A stretch of 64,000 bases of DNA from Clostridiales bacterium (GCA_016281915.1 JAEEJO010000045.1:73-64072), one strand, 5' to 3'. Positions 1-8,909 are shown, numbered from the stretch's first letter. Numbers and translations are program-made. Notes: a model not told the origin generated them from the sequence alone.

Positions 1-336
1 GAAAGGCACGATCTTTTTCATCAGCGGAAGGAAGAACGACTTTTTCGCAAGCTTTTGCATCCCCGACGGGTCGAGAAACTTCCACATCTCCTCCGAAACG
101 GTACGATACGCTTCCTCATCGCTCTTCCCGTGCTTTTGCAGGACTTCGTAAAGCGCGATTGAGGTCAGGATCTGCGCCATATGTTTATAGTTTCCCTTGT
201 CGCAGTACCCCTTTTCCTCTTCGATCAGCTCCTCCATACGGGCGTAAACGTCCTTCTGAACGTCAGCCGTCAGGGTCGGAAAATAGTTTTGATAACGGCT
301 GACAGCGACGAGAGATTCGGGTTTATACTCTTTCAT
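1..336 (-). CDS. L-2-amino-thiazoline-4-carboxylic acid hydrolase-like family protein (5' part; runs off window edge)
   Basis: Open frame read manually from ATG at 336 (MKEYKPESLVAVSRYQNYF...HMAQILTSIALYEVLQKHG...), AGGAG RBS and sigma-A promoter upstream. Family call is from recalled resemblance only. Confidence 0.55.
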   Translation of the reverse strand, partial: MKEYKPESLVAVSRYQNYFPTLTADVQKDVYARMEELIEEEKGYCDKGNYKHMAQILTSIALYEVLQKHGKSDEEAYRTVSEEMWKFLDPSGMQKLAKKSFFLPLMKKIVPF

Positions 337-378
337 TATCTCAAAGTCTCCTGTTAGAGCTCATATAGGTCACATATA

Positions 379-394
379 GTTAGCCGATACTAAC
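379..394. promoter_or_regulatory. GTTAG-N6-CTAAC palindrome, putative DtxR/MntR-type operator (copy 1)
   Basis: GTTAGccgataCTAAC just downstream of the minus-strand -10 box; same motif at 7191 and 8088. Confidence 0.6.
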
Positions 395-404
395 TCATTA
401 TTGA

Positions 405-433
405 ATTATAGCACGTCATTTCGGTTTTGTCAA
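405..433 (-). promoter_or_regulatory. sigma-A promoter
   Basis: TTGACA-17 nt-TATAAT with extended TG on the minus strand. Confidence 0.8.
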
Positions 434-678
434 CCACACAGCGCAACGTTTTGCGTAGTTTTTTCCTTATTCACTATTCGCTCTTCACTAAATCTTTTTT
501 ACTCGCGGGATTTTTTGGAAGTAATAGGGAACAGTCTGATGTTTTTACGATCAAATACCGTTCGATTATGTTTCGGACGGTTTTTTGTTGTCTGCTTATA
601 AGTCTTCTTTTTTACAGAGTCTTTTTATAATCAGATGAATACGGATATACGAAACCGTAATTTGCTTGAATGAACATC

Positions 679-707
679 TTGAAAAAAAAGCGGACTTGTG
701 GTATAAT
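679..707 (+). promoter_or_regulatory. sigma-A promoter of luxS operon
   Basis: TTGAAA-17 nt-TATAAT with extended TG. Confidence 0.7.
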
Positions 708-825
708 CAATATGCCGCAACTGAAACAGCCGTTTCGGAAAATGCGCCGATTGCAGCATATTTTACGGGAAAAGTCCGACACGGCATAAAAATATTGCGG
801 CAACTGCATAAAAGGAGAAACTAAA

Positions 826-1350
826 ATGAAGCTGATACAGAGTTTTTCGGTCGATCACACACGCATTATACCCGGTATTTACACAAGCAGAGTAGACCGC
901 TTGGGTGATTATTCCGTTACTACTTATGATATCCGTCTCAAAAAACCCAATACCGAGCCCGCGATTGACGTTGCAGCGATGCACTCTCTTGAACATATCA
1001 TCGCAACGTTTCTTCGCAATGACCCCGAATGGCAGGATGAGATCATTTACTGGGGACCTATGGGCTGTCTTACGGGATTTTATCTGATATTAAAGGGCAG
1101 CAGACCCTCCTGCGAGCTTTACGGACTTATGCTTCGCGCTTTCAGGTCCGTTGCCGACAGCCGTGAGGTTCCAGGCGCCGCCCCGGTAAACTGCGGCAAT
1201 TACCGCATGCACAATCTTGATATGGCAAAATATTACGCTGCGGAATTTGTCGCCTATCTTGAATCAAATGCGGAAAACGACGATATTTTTAAGTATCCCG
1301 AAGCAGAACGTCACGTTACTGAGAACGGACGGCATTTTTACGATTCATGA
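826..1350 (+). CDS. luxS: S-ribosylhomocysteine lyase
   Basis: SFxVDHT, HSLEH, GPMGCLTGFY and CGNY motifs; AGGAG RBS. Confidence 0.95.
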   Translation: MKLIQSFSVDHTRIIPGIYTSRVDRLGDYSVTTYDIRLKKPNTEPAIDVAAMHSLEHIIATFLRNDPEWQDEIIYWGPMGCLTGFYLILKGSRPSCELYGLMLRAFRSVADSREVPGAAPVNCGNYRMHNLDMAKYYAAEFVAYLESNAENDDIFKYPEAERHVTENGRHFYDS

Positions 1351-1377
1351 ATTTCATCGAAAAAGGAGAATCAGACA

Positions 1378-2376
1378 ATGATAAAAGAAGAACTTCACCT
1401 TACAGATAAATGGGATAAAACTTTTCCCAAAAGCGACAAAACCAATCATTGCAAGGTAACTTTCGCGAACCGCTACGGCATAACGCTTGCCGCCGATATG
1501 TATATGCCGAAAGATGCGAGCGGAAAACTTCCCGCGATCGCTGTCTGCGGTCCTTTCGGCGCGGTAAAAGAACAGTGCTCCGGATTATATGCCCAGACGA
1601 TGGCAGAGTGCGGCTTTCTGACCGTTGCATTCGATCCTTCGTTTACCGGAGAAAGCGGAGGCAACGTCCGTTATATGGCATCACCGGATATCAATACAGA
1701 AGATTTTATGGCGGCTGTCGATTTCCTCTCGCTCAATGACAAGGTCGATCCCGACAAGATAGGTATTATAGGCATCTGCGGCTGGGGAGGACTTGCTCTC
1801 AATACCGCTGCACTCGATACTCGCATAAAAGCGACGGTAGTGTCAACAATGTATGATATGACTCGGATCAATGCCAAAGGTTATTTTGATTCTGAGGACA
1901 GTGAAGACGCACGCTATGCCAAAAGAGCAGCCATGTGCGCCCAGAGACTTGAAGATATCAGAAGCGGAGAATACAAGCTCGGCGGCGGCGTTGTAGACCC
2001 TCTGCCGGAGGATGCGCCGTTTTTTGTTAAGGATTACTACGATTATTATAAAACGCCGCGCGGATATCACCCGCGTTCGCTTAACTCAAACGGCGGCTGG
2101 AACGTTACGGGCTGCGAGTCTTTTATCAATCAGCCCATTCTTTGCTACTCAAACGAGATACGCTCTGCAGTCCTTATTATACATGGTGAAAATGCTCATT
2201 CGTGCTATATGGGCAAAGACGCTTATGCAAATATGGTAAAAGACAGCAAATATACGTCGAATAAAGAGCTGATGATAATCCCCGGTGCTGTCCACACAGA
2301 TCTTTATGACGGCGGAAACGGAAATTATATCCCGTTTGACAAAATAACACGGTTCATGAAGGAAAATATGAAATGA
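1378..2376 (+). CDS. alpha/beta hydrolase (YcjY-like, Cys nucleophile)
   Basis: GPFGAVKEQ, DPSFTGESGG, GICGWGG nucleophile elbow, HTDLYD. Confidence 0.85.
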   Translation: MIKEELHLTDKWDKTFPKSDKTNHCKVTFANRYGITLAADMYMPKDASGKLPAIAVCGPFGAVKEQCSGLYAQTMAECGFLTVAFDPSFTGESGGNVRYMASPDINTEDFMAAVDFLSLNDKVDPDKIGIIGICGWGGLALNTAALDTRIKATVVSTMYDMTRINAKGYFDSEDSEDARYAKRAAMCAQRLEDIRSGEYKLGGGVVDPLPEDAPFFVKDYYDYYKTPRGYHPRSLNSNGGWNVTGCESFINQPILCYSNEIRSAVLIIHGENAHSCYMGKDAYANMVKDSKYTSNKELMIIPGAVHTDLYDGGNGNYIPFDKITRFMKENMK

Positions 2377-2999
2377 GTAAAGTCTTGCTTATCAACGGCA
2401 GTCCGCACACCCGCGGCTGCACCGCTGCCGCTCTTGAGGAAATGATAAAAGTTTTTCATTCAGAGGGCGTTGAAACAGAGCTTGTAAATATAGGAAATAA
2501 AGCGATTCGAGGCTGCATATCGTGCGGCAGCTGCGAAAAATCGGGCAAATGCGTTTTTGATGACGCAGTCAACGAAGTTGCGCCGAAATTTGAGGCGGCG
2601 GACGGACTTGTTATAGGCAGCCCAGTATATTACGGCTCTCCTAACGGCACGTTACTGTCTTTTCTTGACAGACTTTTTTACAGCACTTCGTTTTCAAAGC
2701 ACTTTAAGATCGGCGCGGCTGTCGTTTCGTGCAGAAGAGGTGGCAATACCGCAAGCTTTGACGTTCTCAACAAGTATTTTACGATCAGCAGCATGCCCGT
2801 TGCGTCGTCAACATACTGGAATCAGGTGCACGGCTTTACCGCTGAGGACGTAAAAAAAGATCTTGAAGGACTTCAGACGATGCGCAATCTTGCGCGCAAT
2901 ATGGCGTTTTTGATCAGGTCTGTTGCGGATGCACGTGAAAAATACGGACTTCCCGCACTTGAAAGAGGAAGCTTTACGAGCTTTCCTGACGGAAAATAA
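2373..2999 (+). CDS. flavodoxin-family / NADPH-dependent FMN reductase (iron-sulfur flavoprotein type)
   Basis: INGSPH, CxxCxxCx5C cluster motif, GSPVYY; ATGA overlap with the upstream gene. Confidence 0.88.
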   Translation: MSKVLLINGSPHTRGCTAAALEEMIKVFHSEGVETELVNIGNKAIRGCISCGSCEKSGKCVFDDAVNEVAPKFEAADGLVIGSPVYYGSPNGTLLSFLDRLFYSTSFSKHFKIGAAVVSCRRGGNTASFDVLNKYFTISSMPVASSTYWNQVHGFTAEDVKKDLEGLQTMRNLARNMAFLIRSVADAREKYGLPALERGSFTSFPDGK

Positions 3000-3018
3000 T
3001 CTAACGGAGGATATATAA

Positions 3019-3582
3019 ATGAAAAAACAGATCAAAACAACCGAAGCGATTTTTCCCATGCCGGTTCTTCTCATATCAACGTTCAACGATGACGGTACCG
3101 TAGATGTTATGAACGCCGCATGGGGCACGATGCTTGACAGGGATATGGTGGCGCTGAATCTGACCGAAACTCACACCACGGTTAAAAATATCAAGGCTCG
3201 CAAAGGCTTTGTTGTCCATATAGCTGATGCCAGACACGTTGCCGAGGCAGACTGGTTCGGCATTGTGAGCGGAGGCGACGATCACGATAAATTCAAAAAA
3301 TCAGGTATGACGTTCGAAAAATCGGATCTTGTCGATGCTCCCGTTATCAATGAGCTCCCCATTGCAATCGAATGCGAATTTGTAGAGTATCAGAACGGAA
3401 CCAACGGTATAGGACTGATAGGAAAAGTTGTCCGTACTTCGGTAGAAGAGGCGAATTTGAAGGACGGCAAGGTCGATATAGACTCTCTTGAAGCGATTGC
3501 GTTCGATCCCTATACTCTCGGCTACTATAAAGTAGGCGGAAGAGTAGGAAACGCTTTCAAGGACGGACTTAAGCTGAAATAA
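3019..3582 (+). CDS. flavin reductase family protein (flavoredoxin-like)
   Basis: PMPVLLIST, MNAAWG, APVINELPIAIEC; GGAGG RBS. Confidence 0.88.
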   Translation: MKKQIKTTEAIFPMPVLLISTFNDDGTVDVMNAAWGTMLDRDMVALNLTETHTTVKNIKARKGFVVHIADARHVAEADWFGIVSGGDDHDKFKKSGMTFEKSDLVDAPVINELPIAIECEFVEYQNGTNGIGLIGKVVRTSVEEANLKDGKVDIDSLEAIAFDPYTLGYYKVGGRVGNAFKDGLKLK

Positions 3583-3649
3583 CATCGCCTGAAAACTTAA
3601 AATCAGGCTGTCGTCTGATCTAAACCGACAAATACACAACATAATTAAT

Positions 3650-3682
3650 AATAAACGGTTCCGAAATACGGAGCCGTTTATT
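3650..3682. terminator. bidirectional intrinsic terminator
   Basis: AATAAACGGTTCCG-aaata-CGGAGCCGTTTATT hairpin between convergent operons. Confidence 0.75.
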
Positions 3683-3712
3683 GTTCTATATCAAAAAAGG
3701 AGGCTAGCCGAT

Positions 3713-3780
3713 GAAAAAATCCTCCGATTGTGATAAAACAGGATGACCTTAAGGTCAGGATAAAATCACAAACGGAGGAT
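3713..3780 (-). terminator. long hairpin plus U-tract at the 3' end of the ABC/HMA operon (candidate sRNA end)
   Basis: 3719-3734 pairs with 3765-3780 (15/16), inner palindrome TGACCTTAAGGTCA, followed by T6 on the minus strand. Confidence 0.6.
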
Positions 3781-3828
3781 ATATCTATGAAAAAGAAAAC
3801 ATGGATTTATTTTTTCTCTTTTTGCTTT

Positions 3829-4077
3829 TCAGCCGAAAAAACCGTGTTTTTTATACTCTTCGGCAGACATTGAAACGAATGTGTAGCCGGTTTCGGCTAT
3901 CGCTTTGGCAAGTTTTTCATCGTCTGCTCCGTCTTCTCTTAAAAACGTTGCTTCACCCGTGTTTTTCGATGCTTTGACCTTTTTCGCATCAGGGTATACT
4001 TTTCTTATCGTGTCGCAGATATGCGCCTCGCACATACCGCACATCATTCCGTCGATTTTTACCGTTATTTTTTTCAT
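3829..4077 (-). CDS. heavy-metal-associated (HMA) domain protein, CopZ-like
   Basis: GMMCGMC metal-binding motif, 82 aa. Confidence 0.88.
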   Translation of the reverse strand: MKKITVKIDGMMCGMCEAHICDTIRKVYPDAKKVKASKNTGEATFLREDGADDEKLAKAIAETGYTFVSMSAEEYKKHGFFG

Positions 4078-4086
4078 CTTTTCCTC

Positions 4087-6474
4087 TCATTCTGCGTTTT
4101 TCAACGCTTCTACCATATCTATTTTTCTGTTTTTACGCGCAACTGCAAATCCGACGATCAATGAAACGCCGAAAGTAAGAAGTATCGATACCGCGTATGT
4201 CATCACACCGAGCATCATCTTCATTTCATATTCCGATGCGAGCGCCGAAATCAGCAGTTGAAGAGTCATTATACCTGCGGGAAGGCCGAACAGAACGCCT
4301 ATAACCGTCAGCCATATGTTCTGCGAGATCAGCAGATGACCGATCTTTCTGCTTCTGAAACCGAGGACCTTCAGCGTTGCAAGTTCACGCGAACGTTCAA
4401 CGTAGCTCATTATACCGAGATTATAAAGCACGACGATGCCGAGAATTACTGCGGCTATAACGAGAACGAATACCATGGTATCCATTATCTCAACAAAACT
4501 TCCGAAGCTTTCCATCAGCTGACGTTTGTCCTGCTTGCCCGAAATAATTCCCGAAGACGCTATCTCGTCGGACCGTTTTTGCGTGTATATTGCTGAAACG
4601 CTGTATTCAATGCCGAGCTCATCTGCAAGAGTGTCCATCATGGTTATGCTTTCCATCATTATTGAACGGTTATACCCAATTACCTTTACGCGGTATGTTT
4701 CATCGCTGCCGTATGGCGAAAATTCAATGGATTCTCCGATTTTTGCCATGTCGGCAAGACGCAGACAGAGGTAAACGCCCTCGTCGCTCAGATCTATGGG
4801 CGAATTGCTTTCATCTATAACATCAAGTCTGCCGTTGTCGTTATGGATGATGTCGAGCGTTGCCGTGTAGCCGTCGATGCTGATGCCCATATAGCTTTCC
4901 CAGTCGCCGTCCAGCGATTCAATAAGCTCCTTCGCGCTGTCTGACGACGTGTTTTCAACAAGGTTGACCTTCGTTGCATAGTGCGATACTCCGTTATCAA
5001 AAAGATCGAGAAATCCTGCCATCGTGTCCCTCATACCGAGTCCGCCGACAAGAAGTATCATACAGCCCACTATGCCAACAAGCGTCATTGCAAAGCGGCT
5101 TTTATGACGCATAAGGTCACGGATGTTCCACTTCGTGGAGAAGCTCATTTTTCGGAACAACGGAAGGTTCTCAAGGAAAGACTTCGTCATTTTTTTCGGC
5201 GTATACGGACGGAGTGAGTCTGCCGCAGTGCCTTTCAACTGCGCACGGACGGAAAGAAAACTGATAAGCGTAAGCAATATGACCGTTCCTATGATAACAG
5301 GACAGCAGAATCCCGGCATTGCCGCAGTCCAATCGGGCATATCGAAATACGTTCCCATCATGCCGTCTTCGCTCATGATCAGCCTGCAGACAAAATAACC
5401 GAGAAAAATGCCCGGAACTGTCCCGACGATCCCGATGAAAAGACCGTAAAGCGAGTAGTGGATAATGATAGTTCTGTTTTTGAATCCGAGCGCTTTAAGA
5501 ATGCCGATCTGTGTTTTTTCGTTCGTCGCGATCCGGTGCATGGTGGTTACCATTGTAAGGATCGCTATTGCAAGAAACAGCACTGGAAGTATCGACCCCA
5601 TGGTTTTTCCTTCGGAAGCTTCTCCCATTGCTTCTTTATAGACAGTATGATCATCTTTCGGGACCACCATGATCGTTTTACCGAGTTTTTCATTTACCTC
5701 GTCTTCAAGCGTCGCCTTGTCAAGACCGGAAATAATGTTGATCTGAGCAAAGACCCTGTCTGTCTCGGAGTTTATCATTTCGTCAGTCACGAGTTCTTTT
5801 GTCTGCGCTTTTGCGGTATCATCGGAAAGCCCCGTTTTTATCATTTCCTCATATACGGTCTGTACCGCTTTTTCTGTAAGTACGCTTCGCAGTTTCGCCG
5901 GTGATATATATGCAAAACCGAAATTATTGAAATCTGGCATGACCTGATTGCTGTCTGCAACGCATATCATATGTTCTCCTGCCTTGATAAGCCCGACGAC
6001 TTCTCCCTGGACCTCTGTTCCCTGAAATTCGAGATACAGAGTATCTCCGATTTCTATTCCGTTAAGCTCGGCAAATTTGTCCGACAGCCATATCCCGTCG
6101 CTCTTTTCGTCGTATTCCGCGCCGCTCATCAAAGTGAATACTGATACGGTGTAGTTTTCTGAAACGTCTACCGCAAGAGCTTTTTTGCTTTCTCCTTTCA
6201 GATCGAGATTAACTGAAAGAAATCTTGAAGCTGCGTCAACTCCGTTTATCGAAGATATCTTTTCAAGATCTTCTTTCGTGAATCCCGTTTCGGAAAACAA
6301 ACGGTAGTCGGCATATAAAGTGTTTTCAAAAAAACGCGACGTATCATATTCTATCGTTTTCCATTCCATATTGAAGCCGAGAAACATTCCTATCCCGAGC
6401 GTCATCATGATTATCATTGAAATAAACTGAGCTTTATAGCTCCATGCGGTGCGAATCAGTTTTCTTAAAAGCAT
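4087..6474 (-). CDS. ABC transporter permease, FtsX/MacB-like with two permease modules
   Basis: Two 'QIGILKALGF' / 'ELATLKVLGF' FtsX signatures and multiple TM helices. Start is ATG 6474 (or GTG 6480), overlapping the ATPase stop. Confidence 0.88.
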   Translation of the reverse strand: MLLRKLIRTAWSYKAQFISMIIMMTLGIGMFLGFNMEWKTIEYDTSRFFENTLYADYRLFSETGFTKEDLEKISSINGVDAASRFLSVNLDLKGESKKALAVDVSENYTVSVFTLMSGAEYDEKSDGIWLSDKFAELNGIEIGDTLYLEFQGTEVQGEVVGLIKAGEHMICVADSNQVMPDFNNFGFAYISPAKLRSVLTEKAVQTVYEEMIKTGLSDDTAKAQTKELVTDEMINSETDRVFAQINIISGLDKATLEDEVNEKLGKTIMVVPKDDHTVYKEAMGEASEGKTMGSILPVLFLAIAILTMVTTMHRIATNEKTQIGILKALGFKNRTIIIHYSLYGLFIGIVGTVPGIFLGYFVCRLIMSEDGMMGTYFDMPDWTAAMPGFCCPVIIGTVILLTLISFLSVRAQLKGTAADSLRPYTPKKMTKSFLENLPLFRKMSFSTKWNIRDLMRHKSRFAMTLVGIVGCMILLVGGLGMRDTMAGFLDLFDNGVSHYATKVNLVENTSSDSAKELIESLDGDWESYMGISIDGYTATLDIIHNDNGRLDVIDESNSPIDLSDEGVYLCLRLADMAKIGESIEFSPYGSDETYRVKVIGYNRSIMMESITMMDTLADELGIEYSVSAIYTQKRSDEIASSGIISGKQDKRQLMESFGSFVEIMDTMVFVLVIAAVILGIVVLYNLGIMSYVERSRELATLKVLGFRSRKIGHLLISQNIWLTVIGVLFGLPAGIMTLQLLISALASEYEMKMMLGVMTYAVSILLTFGVSLIVGFAVARKNRKIDMVEALKNAE

Positions 6475-7175
6475 CACCACTCCACCTCGTCGGCGGAAAG
6501 AGGATTTTCCTGCTCCTCAACGGAGCGGATCTTTCCGTTCTTTACGCGGATCACAACGTCCGCCATTTTTGCGATATTCTGGTTATGAGTTACTATAACT
6601 ATCGTTTTTCCAAAGTTTTTCGCCATGTCGAGAAGCAGCTTGAGCACCATTACGCCGGTTTCCGAATCGAGAGCGCCTGTAGGCTCGTCGCAAAGGATGA
6701 TCTTCGGATTCTTGCTTAATGCTCTTGCAATCGAAACACGCTGCTGCTCTCCACCTGAAAGCTCTGCCGGAAAATTGTTCATGTGATCGGAAAGTCCGAC
6801 TTTTTCTATCATTTCTTTTGCATCAACGGCATTTTCGGATATTTCCGAAACGAGCTTTACGTTTTCGTATACTGTAAGCGTGGGAATAAGATTGTAAAAC
6901 TGAAATACAAACCCTACCGTTGAGGCGCGGAAATCCGCAAGCTCGTTGTCGCTAAGCTTCGATATGTCCTTTCCCGAAACGGTTATTCTTCCCTCGCTCG
7001 GACTGTCAAGACCTCCCAGCAGATTAAGAAGCGTGCTTTTGCCTGCCCCAGAAGGCCCGAGTATGACCACAAATTTTCCCTCGTCAAGTGTAAAGCTCAC
7101 TCCGTCAAGGGCGTGCAGTTCATGATCACCGCTTGTGTAGATTTTCGAAACGTTTTCGAAACTGACGATCTTCAT
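6474..7175 (-). CDS. ABC transporter ATP-binding protein (LolD/MacB-type)
   Basis: GPSGAGKST, LSGGEQQRV, CDEPTGALD; start moved to ATG 7175 behind GGAGGAG. Confidence 0.93.
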   Translation of the reverse strand: MKIVSFENVSKIYTSGDHELHALDGVSFTLDEGKFVVILGPSGAGKSTLLNLLGGLDSPSEGRITVSGKDISKLSDNELADFRASTVGFVFQFYNLIPTLTVYENVKLVSEISENAVDAKEMIEKVGLSDHMNNFPAELSGGEQQRVSIARALSKNPKIILCDEPTGALDSETGVMVLKLLLDMAKNFGKTIVIVTHNQNIAKMADVVIRVKNGKIRSVEEQENPLSADEVEW

Positions 7176-7190
7176 TTTTCTCCTCCTCTG

Positions 7191-7206
7191 GTTAGTCTCC
7201 GCTAAC
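7191..7206. promoter_or_regulatory. GTTAG-N6-CTAAC palindrome (copy 2)
   Basis: tgGTTAGtctccgCTAACca immediately upstream of the ATPase RBS. Confidence 0.6.
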
Positions 7207-7250
7207 CACATATCCTTAAATAAGGGGCCGAAGCCCCGATCTTTTTTTTC

Positions 7251-8033
7251 TCAGCCAAGTGCAACGTCAAGCGCCATCATCACCGTGAAGCCGAGCGCAA
7301 ACATCAAAACGCCTATATTCGAGTGCTCTCCCTGCGACATTTCAGGGATCAGCTCTTCCACAACAACGTATATCATTGCTCCCGCCGCAAAAGAAAGAAA
7401 ATACGGCATTGCGGGAACAAAAAGTCCGGCGAAAAGAACGGTGACAAGCGCTCCGGCGGGTTCGACCGCTCCCGAGAGCGCTCCGCCCGAAAATGCTTTG
7501 AATTTGCTTTTCCCTTCGGCGTGAAGCGGCATTGAAATAATTGCGCCTTCCGGAAAATTCTGTATAGCTATGCCTATTGCCAGCGCAAGAGCTCCTCCCG
7601 CGGTTATCTGTTCTGAACCGGAAAGAAGTCCGGCGAAGACAACTCCCACCGCCATTCCTTCCGGAATATTGTGAAGCGTAACGGCAAGGACCATCATAGT
7701 CGTTTTTTTTGCTTTGCTTTTTATTCCTTCCGCTTTTTCTGCGTTCATATGCAGGTGAGGAATTATTTTGTCAAGCAGCAGAAGAAACAGTATGCCGAGC
7801 CAGAATCCGATAAAAGCAGGCAGAAATGCCCAGCTGCCTTTATCTTCAGACTGCTCTATCGCGGGTATTATAAGGCTCCATATCGATGCCGCCGTCATTA
7901 CTCCGCCCGCAAAACCCGTCAGCGCGCGCTGCACGGTGCGGTTCATCTGTTTTTTCATGAAAAACACGCATGCTGAGCCGAGCGCCGTTCCGATAAACGG
8001 AATGAGAATGCCTTCAAGCACTTTGAGCGTCAT
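7251..8033 (-). CDS. ZIP family divalent metal transporter (ZupT/GufA-like)
   Basis: LHNIPEG and IQNFPEG motifs, PHLH loop, VVEELIPE. Confidence 0.93.
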   Translation of the reverse strand: MTLKVLEGILIPFIGTALGSACVFFMKKQMNRTVQRALTGFAGGVMTAASIWSLIIPAIEQSEDKGSWAFLPAFIGFWLGILFLLLLDKIIPHLHMNAEKAEGIKSKAKKTTMMVLAVTLHNIPEGMAVGVVFAGLLSGSEQITAGGALALAIGIAIQNFPEGAIISMPLHAEGKSKFKAFSGGALSGAVEPAGALVTVLFAGLFVPAMPYFLSFAAGAMIYVVVEELIPEMSQGEHSNIGVLMFALGFTVMMALDVALG

Positions 8034-8087
8034 ATGATGTCCTCCTTCCCCGGGGAAAAGTCTTCATAAACTGAATATTCAATCAGG

Positions 8088-8103
8088 GTTAGCTTATGCT
8101 AAC
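8088..8103. promoter_or_regulatory. GTTAG-N6-CTAAC palindrome (copy 3) over the ZIP transcription start
   Basis: GTTAGcttatgCTAAC, 1 nt from the -10 box. Confidence 0.7.
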
Positions 8104-8104
8104 A

Positions 8105-8133
8105 ATTATATCATCCGCAAAGTGATTTGTCAA
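8105..8133 (-). promoter_or_regulatory. sigma-A promoter of ZIP operon
   Basis: TTGACA-17 nt-TATAAT with extended TG. Confidence 0.82.
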
Positions 8134-8261
8134 TAGAAAGACGGGACAAATCGAAAAAAAAGGCAACTTTGCTGAACAGATGTTGATTTTACCGAAGAAA
8201 TATGATATCATAAGTAAAACAACTGCCTATCATCACGCGTCCGAAAAAAGGAGAGAAAACA

Positions 8262-8900
8262 ATGACGGAAAAACTGCAGGTCTTCAAACAGAACCACATA
8301 TGCATTGTCTCTGAACGCGGAGTCATCCACGTTGACCCTTTTATGAGCGATTCATCGCCGAAAAACGCAGATTTCATTCTGATAACGCACGATCATCACG
8401 ATCATTTCTCCGTTAAGGATATCGAAAAAACGGCAAATGAAAAAACGGTGCTTATTTTCCCCGAAAGCATGAGGGAAAAAGCTGAAAATACGGGTTTGAC
8501 GTTCAGAAAAACCGTTGCGGTCCGTCCCGGAGAGAGTTATGAGATAGACGGGCTTTCTTTTGAGACCGTGCCAGCGTATAATATCGGCAAACCGTTCCAC
8601 CCGAAAAGCGCGGGATGGGTAGGCTATATTCTTAAAACAGACGGGAAACGCATTTACATAGCAGGGGATACCGATGCCACCGAGGAAGCGAAACAGGTAA
8701 AGTGCGACGTTGCTTTTGTGCCCGTCGGCGGTAAATATACCATGAATGCGGCTCAGGCGGCGGACCTTGTTAATGCCGTAAGGCCCGAAATCGCGATCCC
8801 CGTTCATTACGGCGGGATAGTTGGAACTAAACAGGACGGCGCGGAATTTGCTGAACGTGTTGACGGCGATATAAAAGTTGAACTGAAAATTAAATTCTGA
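8262..8900 (+). CDS. MBL-fold metallo-hydrolase
   Basis: THDHHDH, YIAGDT, IPVHYG. Confidence 0.9.
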   Translation: MTEKLQVFKQNHICIVSERGVIHVDPFMSDSSPKNADFILITHDHHDHFSVKDIEKTANEKTVLIFPESMREKAENTGLTFRKTVAVRPGESYEIDGLSFETVPAYNIGKPFHPKSAGWVGYILKTDGKRIYIAGDTDATEEAKQVKCDVAFVPVGGKYTMNAAQAADLVNAVRPEIAIPVHYGGIVGTKQDGAEFAERVDGDIKVELKIKF

Positions 8901-8909
8901 GAGGTTGAA

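Noticed and set aside
466-491. Degenerate 7-mer repeat (TTCACTA TTCGCTC TTCACTA)
   Set aside because: Only three imperfect units; not supportable as a repeat element from this window alone.
401-809. Short ORFs (65-67 aa) between the divergent promoters
   Set aside because: No RBS, overlap promoter elements, low-complexity F/L/S-rich composition.
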